A DNA stretch of 64,000 nucleotides from Camelus dromedarius (Eukaryota): NCBI RefSeq assembly GCF_036321535.1, contig NC_087438.1:3226001-3290000 (forward strand), written 5' to 3'. Positions 37,901 through 51,295 of the stretch are shown in pieces. The number at the start of each line of letters is the position of its first letter. Position 1 is the first letter of the stretch. The notes beneath the pieces are model-generated. The model was not told the origin of the DNA and searched no databases. It saw only the letters and a program-made list of their open reading frames with translations. The translations under genes and the position numbers were made by a program.

Positions 37901-39859
37901 CTGTGTGGATGCTGAGGGCTCTCCGGGGTCCAGTCTCCCGGATCCAAATCCCCTCTGTGCCCACACTGTGTTTCTCCGTGATGTCTGGGTTGTGTTGTTT
38001 TGTTTCCTCAGTTTATGTTTGGTTTTTTTTTTCTGGCCTATGAGAGTTTTCCATGTGTGCATTTTCGATTCCTCAGAACATTCTCAGCACAGACTTTAAG
38101 TAGTTACTGATTTCTATAAAGGTCCGTTCCCCGTCTCATGGACAGACTTTGTAAAATGCTGGTTCCCCTTTCACTAGGAACAGCTCCCGTGGCCTTGGTC
38201 GTGACCTTTATTGCTCTCTCTGTAACTTGAACAATCTGGCCTGCAGCAGCTCAGTTCTGTGCAGTGAACTCCCACTGAAGACATGCGAACAATGGTAAGC
38301 ATTTCTGATTATTTCCAGAAGACCAAGAAGACAGGTCCCTGATCAGATGGCTTAGGGACTTCCTCCTGGAGGCTTGATTTCCTCCATGAGGAGTTTCCGC
38401 ACAGCTCTTGACATGCCAGGAGCTGGGTTTAAGAGGGTGAATGATGACAGAGTAGTGTGTCCAGTTCCCCACAGAAGAGGGATGATGGATAAAAGGAATT
38501 GGGTTTTTGAGGACAGGTAATCTTGGCCAGAGGAAAAAAATGAAAGTCACATTTTTGACAAGGGGGCAGCCTGGACAGAGGTATATGGAGTAACAGAAGA
38601 ACATTTATGTTTGATAAATACTCACTACAGTGGAAAGACGGGATGACAGTTGGTGGGGGGGGGAAGGAGAGCCAGATGGAGCCTGTGAAAAGGCCGTCTT
38701 CAGCCGCTGAGGCTGTGGGCTTTCTCTGTGGAAGGAGAGAGACTACAGTGTGTGCACACCCAGCCAAGAGGGAGTCCAGCTCAACCTCTGGACATTCCAG
38801 TCCAATGAGCCAGTAGGTTCCTTGGTTGGCTTAAGCTCTTTTGAGTTGTCTTCTGTGATCTGCAACTAAGACAAATGGGAAGCCACAGGAGCATCTGATG
38901 GGTGCTGGTGTGGTCCCACCTGCACCTGGGAGCTGCCTTCAGCTGCCTTTGGAGGGTCAGGGATGAGAGGGGTGGGGGATTCAAAACATGGAGCGGAGAG
39001 CACTGCAGTGTGCCAAGTGGACTCACCTCTGAGACAGGGCGCTGGTGATGGAGACAGAAAGAGAAGATTTGGAAAAAGAGCAGCCAAAGCTCAGGCCCAG
39101 TTAGAGGTGGAGGGCTTAGGAGCGGAAGGCTGTTGAGAGTGACCCCGGGCTTCTGATACAGGCGAGTGATGGAGAGAAGGAACAGCTCTGGGAGAAGGTG
39201 GGCGTGCTTGGTCTTTATTCCTTGGAGATTTAGGGTCTTGATAAATAATATGCCTCTGCTTGAGGGCTCAACTGGGAGATAAGCAGAGGGCCCGTTCCCT
39301 GGAGATACAAGTGCGAGGCTCTTTACTAGAGAGCTCTACAGGAAGGTGGCGCTAAGAGGATGGTCCAGTGGGCTCACCCCTAAGTCCTGCTTTGCATGGC
39401 CCGAAGCAGCTGAGAACCTGCAAAGTGCAGACACATCTGCCCCAAGACGGGGCCCAGAAGAGCTGAAGCCCCACATCGTCTGACATCTCTGCCCAAACTC
39501 GCCAACCAGGAGTGAGAGAGACGGCCGAGAGGGCTGAGGAGCAGTGCTGTTAAGGGCTCTGACGCAGGGAAACCCAGGGTAGGACACGACCCCATAGAAC
39601 CTGCATGAGCGGCACCAGCAGGTACTTCCAAGCATGCGTCTGATGTTCCCAGGAGGGAGCCCACAGCGTGGAAGACGCACGTGTGTGTGTCTGGTGGTAC
39701 AGCAGACAACATCTGGAGACGGCGTGGGCTCCCCAGGCAGAGACCTTACTTGGGAGACAGCAGGACTGCGGTGACCTGAGGACGGAGCCCGCACAATCAC
39801 CACCGTTTAAAGAGAGGGACCAGAGGGGTCACACTCTTTAATGAAACAAAACATGCGGT

Positions 39860-40002
39860 AATTTCCAAGGAGATCCAGGAAAGAGGCGGCCCCCAGAAGC
39901 CCAGGAGTCTGGGTGATAAGAAACAGTAATAGATGTTATGCTCTGCAAAGATGTCCGTTAGAGTATGCAATGAAAACTGTCCTTGGGTTTTGGCAATTTG
40001 GG
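39860..40002 (-). mobile_element. Degraded L2 fragment interrupted by the LTR at 40003
   Basis: 'atgctctgcaaagatgtccgttagagtatgcaatgaaaactgtccttgggttttggcaat' resembles antisense L2 ORF sequence. Confidence 0.4.
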
Positions 40003-40520
40003 TGTGAATGAAAAATATTGCCAGCCATATCAGTAAACAAAGGATTCTGTGGCCATTAAGTCATCAGCCACTACCACCATCCCTGACGGTAAACAGAGGG
40101 GACTCAGGATGGAGACACGCAGGCAGCCCGGCCTCTGCAGCTCCCCCAGCGGTGCCCCCGGAGGGGACTCAGGATGGGAAAGCACAGGACACTGGCCCTA
40201 GACAACTGGGTGCTCATCAAAGGAGTGAGTATGAGTATGAGAATGAACCACGAGCCATTCAGCGAGCCCAGACCCTCGTGCCTTCCCTGACGTGGAAAAG
40301 CACTGAATTCCCCAGCTTGAGCCACCTGGTTCCCGTTAATTAACAGTAATCTTTTAATGTTCTAACTACCTGGTCTTTGTTGTAAAAACGCCTGTATATC
40401 CTGGCCCCTCTCCCCAGAGCGATCTGAGAGGCTGTCATCCTGGGCTGAGGTCCTCAGAAATGTCCGCTGAATGAAACGTAACTCTTAACTTCTAGGTTGT
40501 GCATTTTATTTCAGTCGACA
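40003..40520 (+). mobile_element. ERV1-class solo LTR (518 bp)
   Basis: TGT...ACA termini; 4-bp TSD tggg at 39999-40002 and 40521-40524; TATA-like 'tgtatatc'; degenerate polyA signal 'aatgaaa'; internal 17-bp direct repeat. Confidence 0.8.
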
Positions 40521-42177
40521 TGGGCACCACACATGAAATTTGGAGAAATACCCAAGGCAGGACACCATGTCTGTAACGCTGTAGTATCGAGGGGTGCTAA
40601 CTCCTGACCGTAAGTTGGGAGGGGTCATTTCCTGTTGGTGTAAATGGTGGCCCACCGGGCAGCAGCGTGGCACTGGGTGTTGCCTGATGAATGCTCACTG
40701 GTGTCACTCAGAGGGGTGGCTGAGCTTAACCACCTTACAGCCCACATGGGAACCTGGGAAGTTCGGGGATCCCTCTGAGCCAGCAGTCTGCCTACCCCAA
40801 CTCCTACCCAAAGGTCTCTAAACATCACAGCTCTACCTTTTCGTCACATACTTGATATTCCACTTGAATGGCAGGGTCTCAGTTTTCCTTAAAGTTCGAA
40901 AAATTCTAGTAAAGACTAATAAAGTGGCATCAAAACTTAACGCTACTTTTTTTTTATTATTTGTATATATACACATTAAATTAAAATACACACTTGAAAG
41001 ATTAATACTGAAAAAACAAAGACCAAAAAAAACCTCATGAAAGTATCATTTGGCATTTGAGTTGGGCAGGTAGATACTATGTGCATTTGTAAAAAAGATT
41101 AGGTTATGATTGCAAGTTAAAAAAAAATCCACACAAAAGACCTATATCTTTACTATTAAGAATAACTGAAATTATTTAAATATTACTCATATTCTCTGCA
41201 AAAGATATTTTTTATCAACTAAAATTTTTATGTTCCACTATTTTTACATTCAGGGATGCATTTAAGTATTTGACTTACAAGATTCTTTCTGGATATTAAG
41301 CAGCGCCTTTGATACATGAAGTATGAACTTGGGAGAGCACCGCCTCTGAGAATTTTACGTGAGGTATAGATAAGCTGCTGTTCGCCTTTGTCTTGTCAAG
41401 AGGAACTAGGAGAGGTGGCAGGCTAAAGGCGGGAGGCCTCAGGAGGGGTCTGAGGGCACCAGGACTTAGCTGCAGGAAGTAAGCAGCACACACAGGACAT
41501 AGGCTAGGGTTTGATTCTCCAACAAAAGAAGTTCCCTTTTTCAACTGTGCTGAGGGAAGAGGTAGGCAACTGAGTCCTGGCCCTGCTTGTATTCCAAAGG
41601 ACACTTGGCCAACAACTCGGTTTAGGAAGCTTGGGAGGGGTCTCCTAACTGTCCCAATGTATTTTGTTTTGTTTCCATTTTGACTTTCTCTAATACTTAC
41701 CAGGGGCATCAACTACTTGGGGGAAAAAAAAAAAACAACAAGCAGGCCACTTACTTTGGGACCAGAAAGGATGATTCAGAAAACTGGTAAACTGGCATTC
41801 CCTTTGATGGAGAAAAATCCCATGGAAGTACAGTTGGAAGGTGGGTCCCAGAGGGACCAGCAGAAAGGGTCAGAAGAAGAAGGAACTTAGTGGGACAGGA
41901 TCCACCCCAAATCAGGTGAATTTCAGGCAATCTCCGTCTCCCCTGGGTGGTTTCTCATCTTGATGTCTAAATGGTTCCAGCAGCAGTGGAAGACTATGGA
42001 ATTCAAGGAAGGTGTGTCTCCCATTGCTTCCTGGTGACTCTTGGATGGTTTTGTTATGCTAGCAAAGCAATTTGCTCTCTAACGGTTTCAAATCATCTTC
42101 TTCCCTCTGCAGTTACCATTACCTATTGATTATCTTCCAGAATTTAAATATCAGATGAGGGATCTGGAAGAGGGAGA

Positions 42178-42216
42178 TAAAAAAAAAAAAACCAAAAAAG
42201 CCAAACAAACAAACAA

Positions 42217-42248
<32 letters not shown>

Positions 42249-42251
42249 CAA
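42178..42251. repeat. A-rich / (AAAC)n tract
   Basis: Read directly. Confidence 0.9.
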
Positions 42252-42379
42252 GCCCAGAGCACCAGTATGTAATGGTGCCTTGGCTTTCCCGCTACTTGAG
42301 AGAAGGTTGGTTCTACCATCGCTGTATATGCTCAGTCCTCTAATGAGTTTAAACACCCCACGCTTTGAAAAGCTTTGAC

Positions 42380-42560
42380 ATTAACATGTATTGAGAGTTC
42401 CACAGGTGTTTGTTTCATCCCCGCAGCTACACTACGTGGTAGGTATTGCTGTTCTCATCTCAAGGTGAGAAAACCAAGAACCAGAAAGGTACGTGACTTG
42501 TCAGCAGTATACGGCAGAGACAGGTCCACTGCAGATCTGGGACTCAATGCTACCTTGGTC
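42380..42560 (-). mobile_element. MIR SINE fragment
   Basis: 'taacatgtattgagag...gtaggtattgctgttctcatctcaaggtgagaaaaccaagaaccagaaaggtacgtgacttgtc'. Confidence 0.65.
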
Positions 42561-44923
42561 AAAAGGCAAGAACATCAAGTAGGTAAAAAGTGATTTGCTA
42601 ACAAATACAAGGACATAATCATGTTTCTCTTTAATAGAACCATCAAACTGCAAAGCGGAGCCAATGGATTCTGCTTCCTCTGTGCTGTCTTATTTCCCTG
42701 GGAGTGCAGAGTAATCTGCGTGTTTATCATCCAGTTATTATCAGCTTGAGTGAATGGGATGGCTTCCAAGCGTCTCCCATGGCTTTCCATCTTTTAAACC
42801 CTCAGAGCTGAACTTCGAGCATCTTTAAAATGTTAGCAATTGAGACCAGTGAAAAGCAAGACAAGGAAGACGAGTGTGTTAACTATTCAAAACGTGGTCT
42901 CAGAATTCAGCACGTGTCCCTGAAGGTGCAACAAACAGGCTGACCACTCGGGCGATTGCCTGTGGGGTCTTGGTGCCAAGCACTACATTAGGCAAAATAG
43001 GTTCTTCCCAAGTGCCGTCTTTGATAAGGAAAACAGTGAAGGATGCTGCCAAATTAAATCTGCGCCGAGTAAGGGAGGCTCTTCTTGCTGAGTTGAGAAG
43101 CATCTAAAGAGAACAATAAAAGCACATATCCAAGTCCAGAGGGAAATAAAAGTACACAGCCTTCCTGATTGCAGTAAAACACTAGGCCTGGCTAACCTTC
43201 CTGGACCACGACGAGATGGGGTTGCAAAGCTTCTCAGATTTGTGTCCACACCAGAGACCCAAAATGGTGCCCCAGTCCACGTCATGCAAAAGATAGGAAA
43301 GCAATACTTTGAGATATTTGGAGACTTGGCTGCAGAATTCACATAGCAGACTTTCCTAATTTCTAATTCAGCATGAAATCAAAATGCCTTTTTGTTTTTT
43401 TCTTTCCCTTCTAGCTACCTCACTGTTCTGTTTGTAGTAGGAGGTGGACTGACTCATGGGCTTCCAACTTGATCAACAAGTTAAAAAAATTGGAGATTGT
43501 TTTAAAAAGCAGATTTCTGGGCCTTGGCCTCATGGATTCTAACTGTCAGATCAGGTGGGCCTCCAAATATGGTTTCCGAGGTGTTTTCTGGTTTTAATAT
43601 GCTCTGCTTCCTTTTCGGCATAATCGTCCATTCTTGCCTCTCTGCAGCCCCCTGTGCCCTCCCCAGGCCCAGCCCTCAAAGACGCCCACTCAGGGTGTTT
43701 CCCCTCCTTGCTCAGCCATCAGCCTTGGCTCTTCAGACCCGTTTTCTGACCTTTTGATTATTTTTACTGCTCTCATGTGAGTACGCTCAGATTTCCACCC
43801 CCTTCTAAAATATGATTATGTTCATCATGTTATGATTATGATCCTGTTTTCAGAGGCAACGTTTACCACTGTCAGACTAACAGCTCCTACAGAAATATGT
43901 GTCTCTCTCAAATAATCTCTGCTAAATGCACTCCAGGGAAATACTGACAAGCCCTGTGTCCACTGACGCAGGGCCGCCTGCTCTGAGGCACTCGTATGGC
44001 TGCCGTCATCTTTCCAGAGGTTATCTCTCTCTGTGGTTCCCCTGTGAAGATGGGTTTCACTGGAATATTGCACCATCCAGGGGGGTGGCTTGTCGGTTGG
44101 AAGATATGTGACTTCGTGCATTTGGAAGTAGACGGTCCATCCTCAGGAGTCTTACAAATCTGTTATAAGTAATTCCTTGTAGTTTCCTCATCAGAAAAGG
44201 ATTAGTCCACCCCAGATGAGCACAGCGGTCCTGGGTCTGCGGTTGCACAGCCGGCTTTGCAGCATCTAGCCCCGCGAAGGAGGTTATTCGTTTATTTGGG
44301 AAACGCAATCACCGACCACAATTTCAGTCTGGCCCGGCCTGCCACGTGCTGGGCTCCGTTTTGTTGGTGAGCTGGGTCGGCGCTTCCTGCCGTGAACTTG
44401 GTTGTTTGCTGACGGTGGGAGTTTGAGCGTTCAGTCTCCGAGGGGACAGTGTAGGTGGTGTACAGGCACCTGGTTTCAGCTGGGAGCAGTTTCAGCTCCT
44501 AACCACAGCTTCGCGGCTGGAATTTTTCAGCCACCACAACACAAAAGGTGAAATATAGAGAATATCGTCTCTAGGCATTAGCGGAATAGAATCCGAGAGG
44601 GTCTGTGCTCTGAAAAGCATCAGAACGCAGTTCAGATCCCACGCATGGGGCAACTCCTCGTCACAAAACCTGGACCCGCGTGGCTAGCCTGGAGCAGAAT
44701 GAGGTGCCCCCTTCTCCCGCAAACTGTAAACAGAAATCCGTCAGCAAAGTGCACGGTGCTGTGCGCGCATGCGTTGCAGGCTCCACGCAGGGCCACTCAG
44801 CTCGTTCTGACAGCTGCCCCTTGACTCTGTCTCCACGATGTGTAAGCATGACTACCCGCCCCGGGCTCCCTGTTGGTCAAAAATCATGTTCTTTTTGACT
44901 TAAGATTCTTTCCATGTGTCTGC

Positions 44924-45236
44924 TTTTTTTTTTTTAATTGAAGTACAGTCAGTTTCCAATGTCGTGTCCATTTCTGGTGCACAGCATCGTGTTTCAGCCA
45001 TACATGGACAGACATATATTCCTTTTCAGATTCTTTTCCATTACAGGCTACTGCAAGATGCTGAGTACAGCTCCCTGTGCTGTACAGTAGAAACTTGCTG
45101 TTTATCTATTTTATATATAGTAGTTAATATTGCAAATCTCGAACTCCCAGTTTAATCCCTTCCCACCCCGTTTCCTAGTAACCATAAGGTTTTTTACTAT
45201 GTCTGTAAGTCTTCTCTCTTTTGTAGATAAATTCAT
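44924..45236 (-). mobile_element. 5'-truncated L1 3' end with poly(T) and probable TSD
   Basis: Poly-T then 'aattgaagtacagtcagtttccaatgtcgtgtccatttctggtgcacagcat'; same family as 1-399. Flanks atgtgtctgctttt (44914-44927) and atgtctctgctttt (45237-45250). Confidence 0.9.
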
Positions 45237-48200
45237 ATGTCTCTGCTTTTAAGAACAACATATCATAGACACATCCATATTTCTCAACATAACGTTCTCA
45301 CGATTATAACTGGAGTGTCCAGGCGCCCCTCGCTTCAGGGCAACAGCTGTCCGAGAAGGAGCAGACCACCTTCCTCTCATGGCTGCGGGCATTGAACGGC
45401 CACGGGCGTTTGGGGGCTAATTTGTGGAGCTGCTTTCAGGATACATTTAGTCTGTAATTTAACCTGATTAATGGGTTTGCCGTCACTTCCCTGTATAATT
45501 AAGTTACCAGTAGCTGTTCCTACCATTAACTCATAAGACACATGCAAAGACCCAGGCCAGAGGGCCTGTGATAGGAACATGTCCCTCGACTGTTGGCGTC
45601 AAAGCCTGCAGTGATGCTGGAGGCGAGTTTCCAAATGTACAGCGTTAGCGTCAGGAGGGAGTCTATGGGAATGTCTTCCAGTTCCCAGATTTGTAAAATC
45701 GTAGGCAGATTTCCTCATCAAGATGAATGTTCCCCCATCAGAATGTCCTCAGTAAAGCAGCAGTGATATTTAGAATTGCATTTTTTTTTCCTTTTTGATA
45801 GAAGTCTCCTGAGATAGAATATATCAGCGTCGTGGAGTTCGTGGAGTTCGTGGAGCACGCGTCCACTTCAGCAGCGCAGGTGGCCGGCAGTCCTGCGAGG
45901 GAGGCTGCGTGGTTTGTGTATTTCTATGTTCAGCAACACCAATCGATTTCACACAGGCAAGTTGAGGCAAAGACTAACTTATCTTTCCAGCTTTTTCTAG
46001 AAAATCACTATCACTTAAAAAGATATCCATCCAAAATTATAGGAAAATAAAATAGACCTGTAGCAGTTCCCTTATTCATTCATTTGTGCGAGTGCTTCCA
46101 TTTAAATGATACTTTGCTGTGATTTGTTTTCTCATTTAAAACAAAAATTCTTATCTGCGTCATGTGTTGTGATCTTAAAATAAGCTTCAGATTCCGCGCA
46201 GGCCGAGCGAGAAAGACAGAACCCTCCAGCTCCCTGCTGGTGCGCTGGTCCACCCGGACTCCCAGCTGCACGCACCCGAGCCCGGGATGCCGGGGTTAAC
46301 AGCACGTCCTCGCTCCTTCCCTCCGTCTGCGTATTCTGGCTTCTTTGGTGCCTCCACTCCTTGATCTGGCTTCAGGCTCCGCACTGCTCAGGAGAGCAAA
46401 GCGCCTGCCCGTTCTCCTGTGCCCTGGCGGGGTCTCTGAGCCTCTCACACGGTCAGCCCTTCTCCTGGGCTTCTGCTCAGTGCTTTGTCCCTGACCTGGC
46501 AGGACGCACTGGTGCCCTCACACCCGTTCACTTCCTGCACCCTGAGAGCATCTTCCATGTGCAAGTTTGGCAAACTCATCGCCTCAGGTCGCTCACTGTC
46601 TGAAGCCAGGCTGGTCCTGCGTCCGTCCACCTCACCAGGACTCTGCCCTCCAAGCCTGGGTGGTCTTGCCGCCACCTCCTTGCAAAGTTTCCATGCAAGG
46701 CAGTGGTTGGAGTTCCTGAAGACGGCGGTTGGAACCGCCACTCAGCTATTAGAACAGGGTGAACAAGTGACTTTGTGCAGGCATGCCAAAAACTGACGTG
46801 TGATGTGCAGACTCGACACTAAGTCTGTCTTTTCTTGGGTCGTGACCCAGTAGCAAGGCCATGGAGAGGGGACACACTGCCTCACCGAGTCCCCAGCCAC
46901 AGAGGCTCTGTTTATCCAAAACTTGGACAATGGCTGAGAGGACGGATTCACCTGGGTCAGCGTTCCCTGCTGCTTCGCCGACTTAGACTGTACTTCTGGG
47001 ATCATACCCCCAAACTGTGGTTATTATTCTTTTATATACTCAGCTCTGCTCCGATCTTATCTCTTTCCAGGTCATTCCTGTGCCCCACACGGGATCCGCT
47101 CTCCCAGGAGCCTCAATTTCCTGTCTTGGTAAAAATAGCCCCTAATAATTCTACCATGCAGACCTGAATCGTGCCACGTGGCCCCATGCGAGTCCAATCC
47201 CCGGCAGCAAAGGAGAGCCGCCCCTCCCTTCCAGGGGTTCCTCATTCACATCGGCATGGTGACCTCAGCCCTCCTCCAGACCTCGCAGTGCCCCTTGCCT
47301 GACATTCCAACGTGCACGTTGCCCCGCCTTCATGTGCACACACCCACAGCTAAGTCACGTGTGGGCTTTGTGCTCCCCGACCCTCCAGAGCAAACCTGCG
47401 TGCATTTAGGAACTGCAGTTTCCTGCTGAAAGATGCGGTGGCTGGGAGCAAGTTGATTGCTCTGAGATCCAGTGTGGTCCCCGTGAGGACTGAGGCCTGC
47501 TGGGTGTGGGAAGATGGGGCCTCTGTTTGGCGACTGTTAAGTCGTGACTGGGTAATGCACAGAAGGAAGACGGTGAGAGGTTCACAAGCCTGGGACTTTA
47601 GATCCACGTTAAGACCAGATGGAAACACAGGGCAGTATCAGGTTAGAATGTATTTGTGAGCTGCATTCTCTTCCCTGGAGGCGGGGAAGGTAGACACTTC
47701 CAATAGCTCTTGGTTGCGTTTCTGTCTTTCACCACAGAAAATGGCAACGGTGGCTTTCAATACTTTACAAAAAGTAGACGCAATAAGAGCCCGGTTGGGA
47801 GCACCCTTCTTAATATTATTACAATGAACACACTAGCTCTGGTGTCAATTCTTTGTATCAGTGACGGAAGAGATTGGGAAATATCGACGAGGAAAACCTG
47901 AAGACCCTGTTGTCAACATTTGTGAGGCAGATATTGGTGGATTTTTTACTGGGTATTATAGGAAAACATCCCATTGGCTGAAATCAGACTCCTCTTCCAA
48001 TGGGGTGGTCACCGAGAGTTAGCTGCTTCTCAGTTTTCTTTATGCAATGACAGACCCTAGACTCAAATAGGTCCCCCAAGCAGGTGACAACCAAGGGACA
48101 AATCAGTGCTTGGCGGTTTCTACCGAGTGGATAGGGTCCAGAGCTCAATCTGGACACAGGTGTGATCACACTAAAAAGAAGAAGAACGTAGATTTTCTTA

Positions 48201-48603
48201 AATGACCATGCCTTGAGTGTCCAGGATATTTAAACTCATACATATTTTACAAGCTGTGCTTTGCCAGTTTGATGGCCTGCGCTATACAAGATGAATAGAC
48301 CCCTTGAAAAGCGTGCATGTTAAAATTTATGACCCTTCCCCAGATGCCAGAAAATTGGACGCTTAAATTAAAAGCTTTAGACTGAATTAAAATTAATCTA
48401 CTGTTTCACATGTTTAGTATCTGTGTATTAATTTCTTATCATGTAACAGAATCTGTGTTGGGCCTGGAGGTCAGTTGTGGGGCCGCTTCACCTAATCAGC
48501 AGCCAAGTTCTGATTATTTTCATTCCTCCTCTTTTTCATGTGTCTCTGCCACGGCATGACAGTCTATACTTGTCATAACCTGTCTTCATAATTTTTCCTC
48601 TTT

Positions 48604-48617
48604 GTTGCCATAGTTAC
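48604..48617. promoter_or_regulatory. RFX X-box-like motif
   Basis: GTTGCCATAGTTAC. Motif only. Confidence 0.35.
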
Positions 48618-48669
48618 TTCCAAACTAGATTTTTTTTTTGTATCAAAGCTTTCACTATTCCTCCCCTAA

Positions 48670-48802
48670 ACACACACATGCATACACAGGCACCCATCCA
48701 GAAACACAGGCACTAACTTGCAAACATACAAGAGCATGCGTGTGGTAACACACGCACGCATGCACGCACACGCACACATGCACACACACGCACACACACA
48801 CA
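48670..48802. repeat. CA-rich low-complexity tract
   Basis: Degenerate (CA)n/(CACG)n read directly. Confidence 0.8.
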
Positions 48803-51090
48803 GTGCACTCTCCACATGAGAACCAGTAGGGCACCAACTGATGAAAATCTGAAATCACATCACAGGCTGATCATAGACTGAAGTCGGGTTCCATCCCTCA
48901 GTGGCCCATCTTGGGGTTCAGAACAAGGTTTCCACACCCACCTTTCTCATCACACAGTGAAGAGAGCCCACCTGTCCCTCGGTCTCACTTCCCACTTCTC
49001 AGGTTTGAACCCAGGGACCCTCCTGTTTCTCTTCCTGAATCGTCACTCTCACCATCTCTGTATCAGCTGAGGTGCCAGCGAGGTTCGGATTGGCTTCAGT
49101 AACGGGGAAGCCCCCTCTCTCCCTGTCATTTTGAATTGACATGACCCTGAGATATGAAGATGGGGGATGATGCTCACAGAAGTGGATGTGGTGTAAGTAA
49201 TTGGAAGAAAAAAATGTTATAAACTCTCTGAATGAAGACATGTGGGAGAAATAGGTAATAAAGAAAATTGAACATCTTAAGTTAGATTCAGATCAATAGA
49301 TCTTTTTTATTAAGCAAAATTGCATTAATATGAACAATTCTGCTGACCTATGTAAGTTATGCTTCAGAAATTATCATATTTAGTAAGTAATTATTTGGAG
49401 CCAGTAATAAGCTGCAGCTATTTGCAAGGGAGTGCTCATGGAATGATTCCAGAATGCTGACTGATAACTTCAGTATTGTGCAATTGAAAATGATAAACGG
49501 ATTTTGCCCATTTCTTAATGATGCTTACAATGATGCAGAAAGCAACGCAACAGTAATGGGAGGAAATAAACATGTTTGAGAGACGTAAGACGTTCTGGCA
49601 GCCACACGTTGTTAGCAGTGTTGACCTGCCGCCTTTGTCCGCACGGATGAGCTGGGTTGCTCAGGGCCACCGAGTCGTGTGGTTTGAGTCGTTTCCCGCT
49701 GGGGGTGGTGGGCGAGAACTGGTCCAGCCACAGCCTCCCACCCAGGCCCCCCCGTGACCGAAGGTACGTGTTTGTGAGGGAGCTGGGCGTTTTCAGAGAT
49801 GGAGGAACAGAGTAGAAAAGCAGAAAGGTCGGCACAGCTGCGAGGCCCCAGCCACTGGCTGGTCCTCGGTGTGTTTTTACCGACTAAGGGAACAGACTCC
49901 TGCCTGTAGCCTGAGAAAGAGGACTCACTGGGGACCCCTGGCTCCACGACAGCGGTGTCTAGAAAGACTTGCTGTTGCTACACAGACACAACACAAACCA
50001 GTTCTCAGGGAAATGAGGACTGAGCTGCCGTGAGCAAGGAACATCAGACTTCTCTACAGCGTCACCCTGAATATTGCAAATATTATAACATATCTTAAAC
50101 GTTCTTTTCTGAAGCTTATCCTGCTTCTGTAGGCTTCTCAGAGTGCTGCAGGAAAACGGAAAAAAGACAAAAATGTTTGATTTAAATGTATCCTATCCCA
50201 AACATTTCCATAAAATGAGAATTGTCTTCCTCTTGAAATAAAAGCAGTAAACCCAGAAAGTGATTCCACAGAAATTTCCAACCATGTTAAATCAAGAGTA
50301 TGCATAAAGTGTACGTTTTTAACTCTCCAGGTCAAGTAACTTTTCTGAAAAGCTTTATATTTCCTGAACCTTTCTGAAGAATTCAACATTTCAGGGATGG
50401 GAATTCTGTGGCTACAAACACCACAGGGACTTAAAGTAAAATTTGATATGAAACTAAAGGAAGAAATCTTTCCTCTCCTTCCTTGTCCTGGGATGTTTCC
50501 AGAATAGTGAATTATCTTATGCACATGCACTCCCCAGTAACAGCGGTGGAAAATCGCCAAACAAGGACCTGCCAAGGACAAGACTAGAAACAACAAATGG
50601 AAGACGCGAGATGTACGGCATATGAAAGGTGGGGAAATGAGACGACAGATCCCGGATGAGAGATACTCTCACATACATTACAGGGTTTTAAATTTTAAGG
50701 TGCTGCTTCAGTAATGTGTCTGAACACAACCTGATCTAATTTAAAGAAAATTCATCATTCAAAACAGCAATAATTTTTCAAAAAAGGTTTATTGCTAAGC
50801 CTACTTGCAGTTTAACAAGTTTTTCAAAAGCTGTGTGCACTTTTCACTTAGTTACTTCTCCATAGAAACATTTAAATCATCCTTCTGGCTGAATACGCTC
50901 ACAGGAGCCTAGCTGAGCGACATTAATTGAGATTACAGTCACCGCTTGAGGGTGTCCTAGTGTCTGCTGCTCAGTAGCTCTGCACTGAACAGAACTGTCA
51001 CCAGAACCCGAGAACGCAGCCCCAGGAAAGGCACGTTTAAGAAGCCGTGTGCAGCACACACTCCTAGTTTCTTCTCACGTTAGTCCTTTG

Positions 51091-51295
51091 TAGAGTCGAC
51101 AAAAAGTCTTGTTTTCGCCTAGCCCACAAGCTAAGAATGGGTTTGACATTTTAAAATGTTTTAAAAAACAGTAAAAGAAGAATACTATTTGATGACACAT
51201 GAAAATGATACAAAATTCAAATTTCAGAGTTTGTAAATAAAGTTTTATTGGAACATAGCCACGCCCACTCATTCACAGGTTATTGCTGACCTCTG
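51091..51295 (+). mobile_element. MER58B-like hAT-Charlie DNA transposon, internally deleted
   Basis: 'agctaagaatgggtttgacattttaaaatg...aaattcaaatttcag...taaataaagttttattggaacatagccacgcccactcatt'; degenerate TIRs 'tagagtcgacaaa' and 'ttgctgacctctg'. Confidence 0.85.

Noticed and set aside
42900..43103. Minus-strand acceptor (ttgttctctttag) followed by a 67-aa ORF
   Set aside because: No recognisable protein in any frame and no matching donor identified.
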